Below are positions 27,029-36,214 of a DNA stretch of 64,000 nucleotides, piece by piece. The position numbers and the translations under genes were made by a program. Numbering within the stretch: the stretch's first letter is position 1; each line of letters begins with the position of its first letter. The notes beneath the pieces were generated by a model. That model searched no databases. It was not told the origin of the DNA and saw nothing but the letters and a program-made list of their open reading frames with translations. Origin of the DNA: Candidatus Microgenomates bacterium (GTDB lineage Bacteria > Patescibacteriota > Microgenomatia > UBA12405 > UBA6130); NCBI GenBank assembly GCA_015485895.1, contig WFSR01000012.1:3201-67200 (forward strand). The letters are read 5' to 3'.

Positions 27029-28347
27029 TGGCCCAATTTATTATTCATGGCCAAAAGCCGTTGCGCGGTGAGGTAGTTATTCGGGGAGCTAAAAATTCTG
27101 GTTTTAAATTGCTTATTGCCTCACTTTTTGGGTGTCAAGAGTCACTCTTTAGCAATGTGACCAAAGCTGGAGAAACGAAGATTACCCTTTCTCTTATCAA
27201 ATATTTGGGTGCTAATTTTCATTGGGTAGGCGAGCACAGTGTCTTGGTAGATCCTCGAGGTTTGCAGCATTATCAACTACCGCTAGGGGTAGGCAGAGAA
27301 ACGCGGGCCAGTATTCTTTTCGTTCCAGTTTTACTTTATCGTTTCGGCCGGGTTCGGGTGCCATGGCCGGGGGGTGATAAGATTGGCCGCCGGCCTTTAG
27401 ATCGCCATTTAGCCGGGTTGCAAAAGATGGGAGTTCACATCAAGCAGAGTAAACAATCTTTGGAATTTTTTGCCCCTCACCGCCTAGAGGGAACTCGTTA
27501 TCGCTTTGCTAAAAATACCCACACTGGTACTGATACCCTTTTGATGGCCGCACTTTGGGCCAAAGGAGAAACAGTTTTGGAAAATGCTGCTGCTGAGCCA
27601 GAAGTGGATGATCTTATCCATTTTCTTAATAAACTCGGTGGCCAGGTAAGGCGAATATCTCCACGTACTATCGTTATTCATGGACGACAAAAATTTCGGG
27701 GAGCTGAACATATTGTTATTCCCGATCGTAACGAGGCGGTTACTTTTGCTTGTGCTGCTTTGGGTACTAAAGGTGAGGTAGATATTTTTAATATTAATCC
27801 TAATCATCTTTATGCTTTTATCAAACAGCTGCGGATGATTGGAGCCGGTTTAGAGATTGGTGTTAACGAGATGAAAGTGGCTTGGCGAGAGCACCTGCAT
27901 GCAAGCAAAATAGAGACGGCTCCCTACCCTGGCTTTATGACCGATTGGCAGGCACTATGGGTAGTTTTAATGACCCAGGTGTGGGGGACTAGCGAGGTGA
28001 TAGAAAGGATTTTCCCTTACCGCTTTCAATACGTTCCATATCTCCAAAAAATGGGGGCAAGAGTTAAATTCTTCCAACCTCAGGTAATTAATCCCAAGAA
28101 TTACTATAACTTTAATCTAGAGGATGACCAACCGCAATTTCATCACGGCATTTACATCAGCGGCCCGACTCGCTTAAAAGGGACAACGATGACCGTCAAC
28201 GATATTCGTGCTGGGGCTACTCTTACTTTAGCGGCCTTAATGGCTAAAGGCAAAAGTGTTTTGCGGCGAGCTGAAAAAATAGATCGTGGTTATGAACACT
28301 TGGCTAGCAGGCTTCAACAGTTAGGAGGTGACATTATTAGGATATGA
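27028..28347 (+). CDS. murA: UDP-N-acetylglucosamine 1-carboxyvinyltransferase
   Basis: [34 protein letters not shown] is the classic MurA N-terminus. 439 aa with the EPSP-synthase-like fold. Confidence 0.9.
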   Translation: MAQFIIHGQKPLRGEVVIRGAKNSGFKLLIASLFGCQESLFSNVTKAGETKITLSLIKYLGANFHWVGEHSVLVDPRGLQHYQLPLGVGRETRASILFVPVLLYRFGRVRVPWPGGDKIGRRPLDRHLAGLQKMGVHIKQSKQSLEFFAPHRLEGTRYRFAKNTHTGTDTLLMAALWAKGETVLENAAAEPEVDDLIHFLNKLGGQVRRISPRTIVIHGRQKFRGAEHIVIPDRNEAVTFACAALGTKGEVDIFNINPNHLYAFIKQLRMIGAGLEIGVNEMKVAWREHLHASKIETAPYPGFMTDWQALWVVLMTQVWGTSEVIERIFPYRFQYVPYLQKMGARVKFFQPQVINPKNYYNFNLEDDQPQFHHGIYISGPTRLKGTTMTVNDIRAGATLTLAALMAKGKSVLRRAEKIDRGYEHLASRLQQLGGDIIRI

Positions 28348-29612
28348 TAATTACTTTAAAAAATGATCTCCTCTTTTACTCCCATCTTCCACTTTGGAAG
28401 CGTTTCTATCATCTAGGGGAAAGATATTTAGCTAAATTATGGTCACAGTTACATCGCCCCCGGGCTGTGGTGATGATAACCGGTAGCTATGGTAAAACCT
28501 CAACAACTTACATTTTAAGCAGAACCCTGGATAAAGCTGGTGGATCCTTGGTAACTGATCGTAATCTTGACACCATCTTCAATCTGCCACAGACTATTCT
28601 TCGTTGGCGCTGGCCACCGTGGATTGTTTTGGAAACAGGGATTGATCATCCTCAAGAAATGGATTTTCATCTCCGTCTCATTAAGCCAACGGTGGTAATT
28701 TTTACCGGGATAACACCTGTTCATGCCGATAAGCAATTGTTGGGATCCAAAATAGGGATTTGGCGAGAGAAAACCAAATTAGTTCGGGCTCTACCAACTG
28801 ACGGTCTGCTTATTTATAATGCTGATGACCTTCTAGCTTGCCGGGCGGCCCGAATTTTTTCTGGTGAGAAAAGAAGCTATTCTCTGAAGCAGAAACATGG
28901 AGATTATTGGCTAGCTAAGAGTAAAATTACCCCTCAGGGGAGCCAGTTTTGGTTAACTACTGCTTTTTCACGGCAGCAAGTAAAAATAAAAACGCCTCTT
29001 TTAGGCAAACATTTTGCCCAATCATTTTTAGCTACGCTGGCCTTTTTGGATTTCTACCATTTGTCGCGATCGCTTTTAGTTAATGCCGCTAGTCAGCTTA
29101 AACCTTTACCAGGGCGTTTATCGTTACAACCTTTTCTCAATGGTAGTTGGCTTTTGGATGATAGCCGGCGCTCTAACCCGGCGTCGGCTAAAGCTGGTCT
29201 AGCCTTAATCACCACCTTAAGATCACACTATCGGCGCCTTATTGTGGTTATGGGGGAGATGGGAGAATTAGGCCGTTATGCTCGGCAGGAACACCGGCGG
29301 CTCGGGCGACAACTGGCTAAATTAAAACCGGATATTTTGATTGGCATTGGTCCTTTAATGCGGCTAGCTCTTAAGGAGGCCCCGGGATTAACTAGTCTTT
29401 GGGCTGATAATCCCACCACCGCTGGCGAACTATTTTTGCAGAAATATTCCCCTCAGGAAGGCGATCTTTTTTATCTCAAAGCTTCTCTTTTGCGCCATCT
29501 GGAACGATTCCGTTATGTGCTAGAGGGAAGGCAAGTTGCCTGCCGGCGACCCGCTTGCCATTATTATCACGATTGCTCGCAATGCGATAAACTGAATGAA
29601 GAAAGGGGGTGA
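28344..29612 (+). CDS. murF: UDP-MurNAc-tripeptide:D-Ala-D-Ala ligase with Cys-rich C-terminal tail
   Basis: P-loop VVMITGSYGKTSTT and LDDSRRSNPASAKAGL (cf. MurF DDSYNANP.SM.AAL). A C-terminal extra segment ACRRPACHYYHDCSQCDKL carries 5 Cys. Confidence 0.7.
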   Translation: MIITLKNDLLFYSHLPLWKRFYHLGERYLAKLWSQLHRPRAVVMITGSYGKTSTTYILSRTLDKAGGSLVTDRNLDTIFNLPQTILRWRWPPWIVLETGIDHPQEMDFHLRLIKPTVVIFTGITPVHADKQLLGSKIGIWREKTKLVRALPTDGLLIYNADDLLACRAARIFSGEKRSYSLKQKHGDYWLAKSKITPQGSQFWLTTAFSRQQVKIKTPLLGKHFAQSFLATLAFLDFYHLSRSLLVNAASQLKPLPGRLSLQPFLNGSWLLDDSRRSNPASAKAGLALITTLRSHYRRLIVVMGEMGELGRYARQEHRRLGRQLAKLKPDILIGIGPLMRLALKEAPGLTSLWADNPTTAGELFLQKYSPQEGDLFYLKASLLRHLERFRYVLEGRQVACRRPACHYYHDCSQCDKLNEERG

Positions 29613-29618
29613 GATATT

Positions 29619-29876
29619 ATGCCACCACTTGATTTAAATGACGCTCTAGCGATGGGCGACAAAGAAAAAAATTTGGCCCGGGCTCGGCAATCACTGATCG
29701 AAGAGCTAGACGCGATTAATCTTTATGAAGAACGGATTCAGGCCACTCAAGATGAAGAATTGAAAAAAGTGCTAGCTCACAACCGAGATGAAGAAAAAGA
29801 ACACGCTGCAATGCTTATTGACTATTTACGCCGCCACGATCCTGTTTTTAAGCGGATGTTTACAGAGCACGATTAA
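29619..29876 (+). CDS. small ferritin-like (ExxH half-site) protein
   Basis: 85 aa, predicted helical. EELDAINLYEERI...DEEKEHAAMLIDYL contains an E...ExxH pattern like ferritin-like/rubrerythrin half sites. Last gene before repeat copy C. Confidence 0.3.
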   Translation: MPPLDLNDALAMGDKEKNLARARQSLIEELDAINLYEERIQATQDEELKKVLAHNRDEEKEHAAMLIDYLRRHDPVFKRMFTEHD

Positions 29877-29892
29877 TAAGAATAGCGGGTAA

Positions 29893-30283
29893 GTGTTGAG
29901 GATCAAATGAACACTCACGCCCTCTACCAGCAGCTATCAACACTTCGTCATCCTGAACTTGGTTCAGGATCTCCAGAGAATGTGCTACCAATAATAGTGA
30001 TACGACACTCGGCTGAAGATGCTGAGCTAAACTCAGTATGACGAGAATAAAAGCACCAAATTGCAAACAAATTCTAAATCCTAATGACCCAAATCCTAAA
30101 CAAATCCAAAATTCAAATGATCAAATGACCAAAACAAAAGAGAAAGAATAAAGAAAAAAAGAAAGAAGAAAAAGAAATGTTTTGAACATTTGGATTTTGG
30201 CCATTTGGTATTGTTTAGGATTTAGAATTTAGGTAATTAGGATTTATTTGGTTATTGGAATTTGGTGCTTGGAATTTAATTTG
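29893..30283. repeat. copy C of the composite repeat: 5' module (29893-30048) plus long palindrome (30049-30283)
   Basis: Same architecture as copy B, between the ferritin-like gene and mraY. The central region carries an A/G-rich expansion (agagaaagaataaagaaaaaaagaaagaagaaaaag). Confidence 0.85.
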
Positions 30284-30300
30284 GGGTGTTATACTAATTT

Positions 30301-31338
30301 ATGGAATTTATTTACTTAGGCTTAGTATTGTTCTCTTTCTTCGTTAACTCTCTCCTTTTTATTCCTTTTATAAATTTACTTTATCGTTGGCATTTTGTCC
30401 GCCGCCGACAAATTACCCGTGATTTCCAAAATAAAAGGGCAATTATTTTCGATAAGTTGCATGCTCATAAGGCCGGCACTCCGGTAGGAGGAGGGCTCCT
30501 CATGCTAGTAACTATTTTAAGTCTTCAATTTGTTCTCCTTCCGGTTTTAAAAATATACGACCGCCAAAACTTCTATAGTGCTTACCGTTTTATTGACGAA
30601 GCTAACATTGTTTTTTTTACAATGATTTCCTTTGGTGCGTTAGGTTTTTACGATGACATTATGAAATTTTTCGGTTTTGAGAAGAGTGGCTTTTTTGGTC
30701 TCCGGATGCGTCATAAGTTCATCCTCCAATGGGCTCTAGCTTTTATTATTGCGGCAATGCTCTATTTCAACTTAGGGATTAATTTTATCTATCTTCCTTT
30801 TTACCATGTAATTCATTTGGGATACGGTTATATTTTATTGGCGGCTACCCTAATTGTTTGGTTGGCAAATGCTTTTAATATTACCGATGGCCTCGACGGG
30901 CTATCAAGCGGTTTGCTTTTGATCTTTTTGCTTACTTTTTGGGTTATTTCCTCCCAAGTGTTTGATACCTTTTTAGGGGTTTTCATTGCTCTCTGGGTAG
31001 GTGCAGTTTTAGCTTTTCTCTATTTCAACATTGCCCCTGCTCGTCTCACATTAGGTGATATTGGTGCCTTAGCTTTCGGGGCTACTATTGCCGTGGTTGG
31101 TCTCTTAACAGGGAAGATCTTGGCAGTTCTAATAGTAGGTGCAATTTTTAACCTTGAGGGGCTTTCAAGCTTTCTACAAATTATCAGTAAAGCCTGGCGT
31201 CATCGGAAGTTATTCCCTGCAGCTCCGCTTCATCTTTGGTTACAATATCGAGGTTGGCCGGAAACCAAAATTGTTATGAGGACTTGGGTGGTGGGCATAG
31301 TTTTTGCCATTTTAGGCCTCTGGCTTTCTTTCCTTTAA
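30301..31338 (+). CDS. mraY: phospho-N-acetylmuramoyl-pentapeptide transferase
   Basis: NAFNITDGLDGLSSGL (MraY DDxxD-equivalent motif), about 10 TM helices, and a GALAFG...LGD segment. Confidence 0.9.
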   Translation: MEFIYLGLVLFSFFVNSLLFIPFINLLYRWHFVRRRQITRDFQNKRAIIFDKLHAHKAGTPVGGGLLMLVTILSLQFVLLPVLKIYDRQNFYSAYRFIDEANIVFFTMISFGALGFYDDIMKFFGFEKSGFFGLRMRHKFILQWALAFIIAAMLYFNLGINFIYLPFYHVIHLGYGYILLAATLIVWLANAFNITDGLDGLSSGLLLIFLLTFWVISSQVFDTFLGVFIALWVGAVLAFLYFNIAPARLTLGDIGALAFGATIAVVGLLTGKILAVLIVGAIFNLEGLSSFLQIISKAWRHRKLFPAAPLHLWLQYRGWPETKIVMRTWVVGIVFAILGLWLSFL

Positions 31339-31563
31339 TTATTTTTCCTCTTCAAGAATAGCAGTTTTAAAAGGTTTAAGGGAAGTTATCTCTAATTCTG
31401 TTCCACAGTATTGACATTCCACAATATCTCCCACAGCTACGGTGCTCAGATCGATAGTAATAGGGTGATGGCAGTCAGGGCACTTGATAGTTTTTTTCAT
31501 TTTACATTTTAGGCTATAATACTTTAATGGTTGTATTTTAGCAATGAAATTTTTGAAAAGCAA
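31339..31563 (-). CDS. LysW-like zinc-ribbon protein (putative amino-group carrier protein)
   Basis: MKKTIKCPDCHHPITIDLSTVAVGDIVECQYCGTELEITSLKPF fits the LysW pattern CP.C...(n)..GE(I/V).EC..CGAELE(V/I).SL.P. The C-terminal tail is acidic (AILEEEK) but lacks the canonical EDWGE end. 74 aa. Confidence 0.45.
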   Translation of the reverse strand: MLFKNFIAKIQPLKYYSLKCKMKKTIKCPDCHHPITIDLSTVAVGDIVECQYCGTELEITSLKPFKTAILEEEK

Positions 31564-32377
31564 GAAAACTTCTCTAATTTTTTACCATGGTTTTTATTTA
31601 AAAAGAGAAGACCAACAATTATCGGGTTCAGTGAAAGATAGGGGAATAGTTGAGCAGTTGCGCCACCTTCCTAAAACTACCAATGAGGTAGTGATTAGCT
31701 CCTCGGGAAATGCGGGAATTAGCCTGGCTTTTTGGAGCCAGCGGTTAGGCTTAACGGCACACGTTTTTGTCAGCCCTAACCTTTCTCCAGGAAAGAAAAA
31801 ATATCTCCAAGAATTGGGAGCTAAGCTTTATGTTACCCCTCGACCTTTGAGTGGAAGTATTCGTTTTGCTCGCCGGTATAATTTTCCCCATCTACGTCAG
31901 TCTATTAGTTCTTGGGCGAGGTACGGTTTTCAATCTTTAGGAGAAGAATTAAAAATGGAAATTAATCCCGAAGTGATTTTTTTCCCAGTGAGCAGCGGGA
32001 CCACTCTTTTGGGAGTTAGCGATATTTGGAGAAGTACTAAGAAGAAGCCTGTTTTTGTGCTGGTTCAAACGGCTGGCCATTGCCCTCTGGCGCGCCATTT
32101 AGTGTCTTGTCCACCAGCAGAACCGAATGATTTAGCTACTGCTTTAGTCGCTAGGTATATTCCTAATGAGAGAGAGATTCTAGCTCTAATTAAAAAGTAT
32201 GGCCAGGCGGTGGTAGTTACTAATACAGAAATTATGGAGGCTTGGCGATGGCTAAAGCAAGGGGGAATAATTACTTCTTTTGAGGGGGCTGCTGCCGTAG
32301 CTGCAGCTCGGCAAATAAAAGCTGATCAACATTGGCAGCGATCAGTTTGCTTGCTAACGGGTAAGTATTATGGTTAA
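31544..32377 (+). CDS. PLP-dependent enzyme, fold type II (Trp-synthase-beta/Cys-synthase/Thr-synthase superfamily)
   Basis: REDQQLSGSVKDRG is the PLP-lysine motif (S/T)GS(F/V)KDRG. VISSSGNAGISLAF is the glycine-rich loop. SFEGAAAVAAARQ is the C-terminal EPSSAAA-like motif. At 277 aa it is a minimal version. Confidence 0.65.
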   Translation: MKFLKSKKTSLIFYHGFYLKREDQQLSGSVKDRGIVEQLRHLPKTTNEVVISSSGNAGISLAFWSQRLGLTAHVFVSPNLSPGKKKYLQELGAKLYVTPRPLSGSIRFARRYNFPHLRQSISSWARYGFQSLGEELKMEINPEVIFFPVSSGTTLLGVSDIWRSTKKKPVFVLVQTAGHCPLARHLVSCPPAEPNDLATALVARYIPNEREILALIKKYGQAVVVTNTEIMEAWRWLKQGGIITSFEGAAAVAAARQIKADQHWQRSVCLLTGKYYG

Positions 32378-33677
32378 TCTCCGGGCCCCGATTTTCTATT
32401 TAGGAATGGATTTTTATCAAGGTTTACCTGGTTTCTGGTTTTTTCCTAATTATTACTTAATAACTTATCGCGCCCATCCGGTTATTAAGAAATTACCTTT
32501 TGCTAACCGCATCTTTACTCTCGGCGACAAAACAACTAAAGTTATTCCCCGCAGTAGCGGGCATTTGCTTAACCATCCCTTGGTACAGAAATTTATCATC
32601 CGCCATACGCGGGGAGATAAAGTATTTTTAACTTTCTTTAAGCCAAGTAGAAAGATAGAGATTATTGCCCAGAAAAAAGGCTGGCGATTAATTGGAAATC
32701 GCCAGGCGTTGGCGAAAAGATTAGAAAATAAAATTCAACTCTGGCAGTTATTGCATCGGTACCCGGAGGTGCATTTTCCACCGGTTCAGGTGGAAAAGCT
32801 AGGAGGATTGAATTATCGGGTCCTGGCGCAACAATATAAGGGATGCTTTGTCCTACAGTTAGGGCTTGGTTGGGCAGGTCGTTCAACTTTTAAGGTATGT
32901 TCCGCAAAAGAATTTGTACGATTACAGCAAAAATACCCTAAACAATGGGTAAAGATAACGCCATTCTTTTTAGGGTGGACGCTTACTAACAATAATGTAG
33001 TAACCCCAACAGGAGAAGTTTATTCTTCTTATCTGGCTTGGCAAATTACCGGCCAGAAGATGTTATGTCCAGGTTTACCAATGGCAACTTGCGGTCGGGT
33101 ATGGGCAGTGTCGCCGGGTAAGCAGCTGGAAAATAATGCTAAAAAAATTAGCCAATTCATCGGCTTTTGGTTACATAAGCAAGGATTTCGGGGTTTTTTT
33201 GGTCTTGATTTTTTGCTTACTTCAAACGGCCAACTTTATTTCCAAGAGCTAAATCCTCGCCTAACGGCCTCGGCAGCGTTTAGTGCTTTAAGTGAGTTGA
33301 AGCAAAAGCTTAGGCCATTGTTGTTTTATCACTATGCTAGTTTCTTACCTTTAAAGGTGAAAAATCAGTGGCAGAGATCTAAATTGCAAGGGGGCGAAAT
33401 AGTCTCAAGGGCTCCTTCTCAACGAATTATTAAAAAAAGTGTCGCAAGTGGCGCTTATAATTTTCAAAAACAATACCTGGGAGCTCATTTCTTTCCTTCG
33501 CAGGAATGGATCACTTTTATAGGGGGTTATCGAGGGGAAAAAATTTATTCCGGCAGTGAGGTTTTTCGCCTTTCCGGTTGGGGTAAATTAGGCGAGTGGC
33601 AAGGTCAAAATTTTCGGCTTGCCTCGCCTTACCGTAATTTTTATTATTGGATAAAACAATATTATGGAAAAGCGTAA
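32370..33677 (+). CDS. ATP-grasp family ligase of unknown specificity (LysX/RimK-like or divergent D-Ala-D-X ligase-like)
   Basis: The C-terminal region GFFGLDFLLTSNGQLYFQELNPRLTAS matches the ATP-grasp G(R).DF......G.....E.N..P(G) block, comparable to Ddl GRVDFFL..DG.LYLNEINT.PG. The central KVCSAKEF is a candidate ATP-binding Lys region. 435 aa. Confidence 0.5.
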   Translation: MVNLRAPIFYLGMDFYQGLPGFWFFPNYYLITYRAHPVIKKLPFANRIFTLGDKTTKVIPRSSGHLLNHPLVQKFIIRHTRGDKVFLTFFKPSRKIEIIAQKKGWRLIGNRQALAKRLENKIQLWQLLHRYPEVHFPPVQVEKLGGLNYRVLAQQYKGCFVLQLGLGWAGRSTFKVCSAKEFVRLQQKYPKQWVKITPFFLGWTLTNNNVVTPTGEVYSSYLAWQITGQKMLCPGLPMATCGRVWAVSPGKQLENNAKKISQFIGFWLHKQGFRGFFGLDFLLTSNGQLYFQELNPRLTASAAFSALSELKQKLRPLLFYHYASFLPLKVKNQWQRSKLQGGEIVSRAPSQRIIKKSVASGAYNFQKQYLGAHFFPSQEWITFIGGYRGEKIYSGSEVFRLSGWGKLGEWQGQNFRLASPYRNFYYWIKQYYGKA

Positions 33678-34743
33678 TCAAAAACTTATCAAATGGTTGT
33701 TACTTTTTTTAGCCTTATTTGCCATTTTAGGCATTTTTTTCATTGGCGATATCTCTCTAGCGGAAGCACGCTTGCATTTTCACGATTCTCTCTATTTCGT
33801 CAAAAGGCAAACATTTTGGCTAGTTTTAAGTTTAATTACTCTTGGTTTACTTTGGCAGTTGCCGGTGACATTTTGGCGGCGAGCAAGCTTAATTTTTTAT
33901 CTGCTAAGTGTACTCGGTTTAGGTCTGGTGCTTATTCCGGGGATAGGCAAGGAAATTTGGGGTGCGCACCGTTGGTTAGCTATTGGCTCTCTAGCATTTC
34001 AGCCAGCAGAATTAATGAAGCTTGCCTTTTTGCTTTATCTTAGCATTCTTTTATCGAGGCAAGGTAAAATATCGCTAAAAGTTTTTCTTTCTATCCTTTT
34101 ATTGCCAATCGCCTTAATAGCTTTAGAACCAGATTTAGGCACGATTATAATCTTGGTAAGCTTAGCGGGAGCAATGTATTTTGTAGCGGGTGTTCGTTGG
34201 CACCTTTTCATAATATTATTATTTTTAAGCCTTACCGCTGGGGGCATTTTCATCTTTAGTTCCTCCTATCGTCGTCAACGGCTTCAGGGCTTTTTTGATC
34301 CCTTTGCGGACCCTTTAAATAAAACTTATCATGCTTACCAGTTGGTTTTAACTTTACACCGCGGTGGCTTCTGGGGTAGTGGTTTGGGCCAGTCACGACA
34401 GAAATACCAAAACCTTCCCCAGGTAACCACAGATTCTATTCTGGCCGTTATTGGAGAGGAAATAGGTTTTGCAGGTTTGACAGTTATTCTAATACTTTAC
34501 CTTTTGGGCATTTATTTGATATTTTTCCTTGCTGCTAAATCCAATAATCCGTTAACTTATTATTACGGTGTGGGTTTTGGTAGCTGGCTAGCTACGCAAG
34601 GATTTTTAAACGCTGGGGCAGTGGCGATTGTATTACCTTTTACCGGAGTGCCATTCCCCCTAATTTCTTATGGAGGATCATCTCTGGTATCTATTGTATT
34701 AGGGGTGGGATTATTTCTTAAATTTTTAACTACCACCACATGA
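33664..34743 (+). CDS. ftsW: SEDS-family peptidoglycan glycosyltransferase (FtsW position)
   Basis: About 10 TM helices. The C-terminal PFPLISYGGSSLVSIVLGVGL is the SEDS signature. Located between the ATP-grasp gene and murG. Confidence 0.8.
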   Translation: MEKRNQKLIKWLLLFLALFAILGIFFIGDISLAEARLHFHDSLYFVKRQTFWLVLSLITLGLLWQLPVTFWRRASLIFYLLSVLGLGLVLIPGIGKEIWGAHRWLAIGSLAFQPAELMKLAFLLYLSILLSRQGKISLKVFLSILLLPIALIALEPDLGTIIILVSLAGAMYFVAGVRWHLFIILLFLSLTAGGIFIFSSSYRRQRLQGFFDPFADPLNKTYHAYQLVLTLHRGGFWGSGLGQSRQKYQNLPQVTTDSILAVIGEEIGFAGLTVILILYLLGIYLIFFLAAKSNNPLTYYYGVGFGSWLATQGFLNAGAVAIVLPFTGVPFPLISYGGSSLVSIVLGVGLFLKFLTTTT

Positions 34744-35849
34744 AAAAAGCAATCTTGGTAGGCGGACATTCTACCCCAGCCTTAGCTCTTTTACAAGAAT
34801 TGCAAAAGCGGTTTTGGCAGATATATTATTTCGGTAGCAAGTATACCTCCTTACAAAATGCCCGTTTACTTTCTTATGAATATAGGGTACTTAGAGAAAG
34901 GGAAAATGTTTTCTTTGTTCCTCTACCAGCTCGCGGTTGGCCTAGATCATTGTCTTGGCAATCATTTAAAGCCGGTTGGGCCTTCCAGCAGAGTTTTTTT
35001 AAGGCATTTTTAGCTATGTTGCGATTGCGCCCTAATGTGGTAGTTGGTTTTGGTGGATATCTTACCCCTCCGGTGGCATTAGCCGCTGCTCTCTTAAGAA
35101 TTCCTCTAATTCTACATGAACAAACTACTACTTTGGGGCTGGGCAATAGAATTGCCTTACCATGGGCAAAAAAGGTGGCTTTATCTTTTCCGATAATAGG
35201 AGAACAACTGCCTTCGCAGAAAGTAGTTTTAACTGGCAATTTACTTCGTGAGGAAACAATGATAGTAAAGGAATCGTTAGTGAGCAGGACTTTGTTACTT
35301 TATCGCAATAAGCCTATCCTTTATCTTACTGGAGGCAAAACGGGTTCAGTGGCATTAAATAATTTTTTGGCTCGAGAACTGAGTAATATTTTACCTTCTT
35401 ATTACGTGATTCACCAAGCTGGTGAACTTAGTTACCAGCACTTTCTTGATTTACGGCGATCTCTTCCCAATCGTTGGCGCCAACGTTATTTGGTGGCGGC
35501 GACCTTCCCAGCCGCTGATGTTGGTTGGATTTTATCTAAGGCTAAGTTAGTAATCGCACGATCGGGCGCTAATACCGTAAGCGAACTCATTTGGTGGCGC
35601 CGTCGAGCTATCTTGATCCCATTACCGATCTCTATAGCTGGCGAACAAGAAAAAAACGCCCGTTTTTTAGCTGGTTTAGGTTTGGGCGTGCTAATTTCCC
35701 AAAAACAGCTGGCTAATATCCATTGGTCTGTTTTGGAACAAAAAGTAGAGCAGCTAAAGCCTCGAAGGAAGGATATTGCTAAACAACGTCATCTTCTAGC
35801 CACCAGCAGGCAAAAGTTAGCTGCTTTGGTAACAAAATGGGGACATTAA
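34740..35849 (+). CDS. murG: UDP-GlcNAc:lipid I GlcNAc transferase
   Basis: N-terminus ILVGGHSTPALALLQEL (cf. GGTGGH.FPALA). GT28 C-terminal domain with ARSGANTVSELI. 369 aa. Confidence 0.75.
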   Translation: MKKAILVGGHSTPALALLQELQKRFWQIYYFGSKYTSLQNARLLSYEYRVLRERENVFFVPLPARGWPRSLSWQSFKAGWAFQQSFFKAFLAMLRLRPNVVVGFGGYLTPPVALAAALLRIPLILHEQTTTLGLGNRIALPWAKKVALSFPIIGEQLPSQKVVLTGNLLREETMIVKESLVSRTLLLYRNKPILYLTGGKTGSVALNNFLARELSNILPSYYVIHQAGELSYQHFLDLRRSLPNRWRQRYLVAATFPAADVGWILSKAKLVIARSGANTVSELIWWRRRAILIPLPISIAGEQEKNARFLAGLGLGVLISQKQLANIHWSVLEQKVEQLKPRRKDIAKQRHLLATSRQKLAALVTKWGH

Positions 35850-36214
35850 AACAACGGGACATTATCTTATTTCTTCTGGCCATTTTAATCATTTTATTTT
35901 TAGCAAGTTTACAACTTTCTTCTCGACAAATTACCAAAAATATTCTTCCTAAACGCCAGCAAGTAGCTGACAATATTGACGCCTTTTTTATTAGTAATGG
36001 GATCAATTTCCGGGGACCATTTTTTATCGAGCCTCACGGGATTCGCTACATTCTTACTGAAGGAATAAACGTTCTTTTTGATGTTAAAAAGGATATCGTT
36101 GCCCAGGAACAAGCTTTACAAGTTATTCTCAAAAAGGTTAAAATGACAAGAAGGAGGGTGAGGTTAATTGACTTAATGCCAGATAAACCGCATGTTGTAT
36201 TCAAAAATTATTAG
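35837..36214 (+). CDS. short FtsQ/DivIB-like bitopic protein
   Basis: 125 aa with one N-terminal TM helix, then a small beta-rich domain, and a C-terminal VRLIDLMPDKPHVV resembling the FtsQ C-terminal strand. Located at the ftsQ position before ftsA. Confidence 0.35.
   Translation: MGTLKQRDIILFLLAILIILFLASLQLSSRQITKNILPKRQQVADNIDAFFISNGINFRGPFFIEPHGIRYILTEGINVLFDVKKDIVAQEQALQVILKKVKMTRRRVRLIDLMPDKPHVVFKNY

Noticed and set aside
29860-30066. 68-aa minus-strand ORF inside repeat copy C
   Set aside because: It lies within the structured 5' module of the repeat, and the equivalent region of copy B is not open in the same way. It is more parsimoniously non-coding.
15066-30300. Possibility that the three repeated elements are a CRISPR array or its leader
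   Set aside because: Copies are 4-10 kb apart and are >200 bp each. There are no short regularly spaced direct repeats, and no cas genes in the window.
31339-31563. Calling the 74-aa zinc-ribbon protein a bona fide LysW (gene symbol lysW)
   Set aside because: The canonical C-terminal EDWGE attachment site is absent (the protein ends EEEK), and no LysZ/LysY/LysJ/LysK genes are nearby. It is recorded as LysW-like only.
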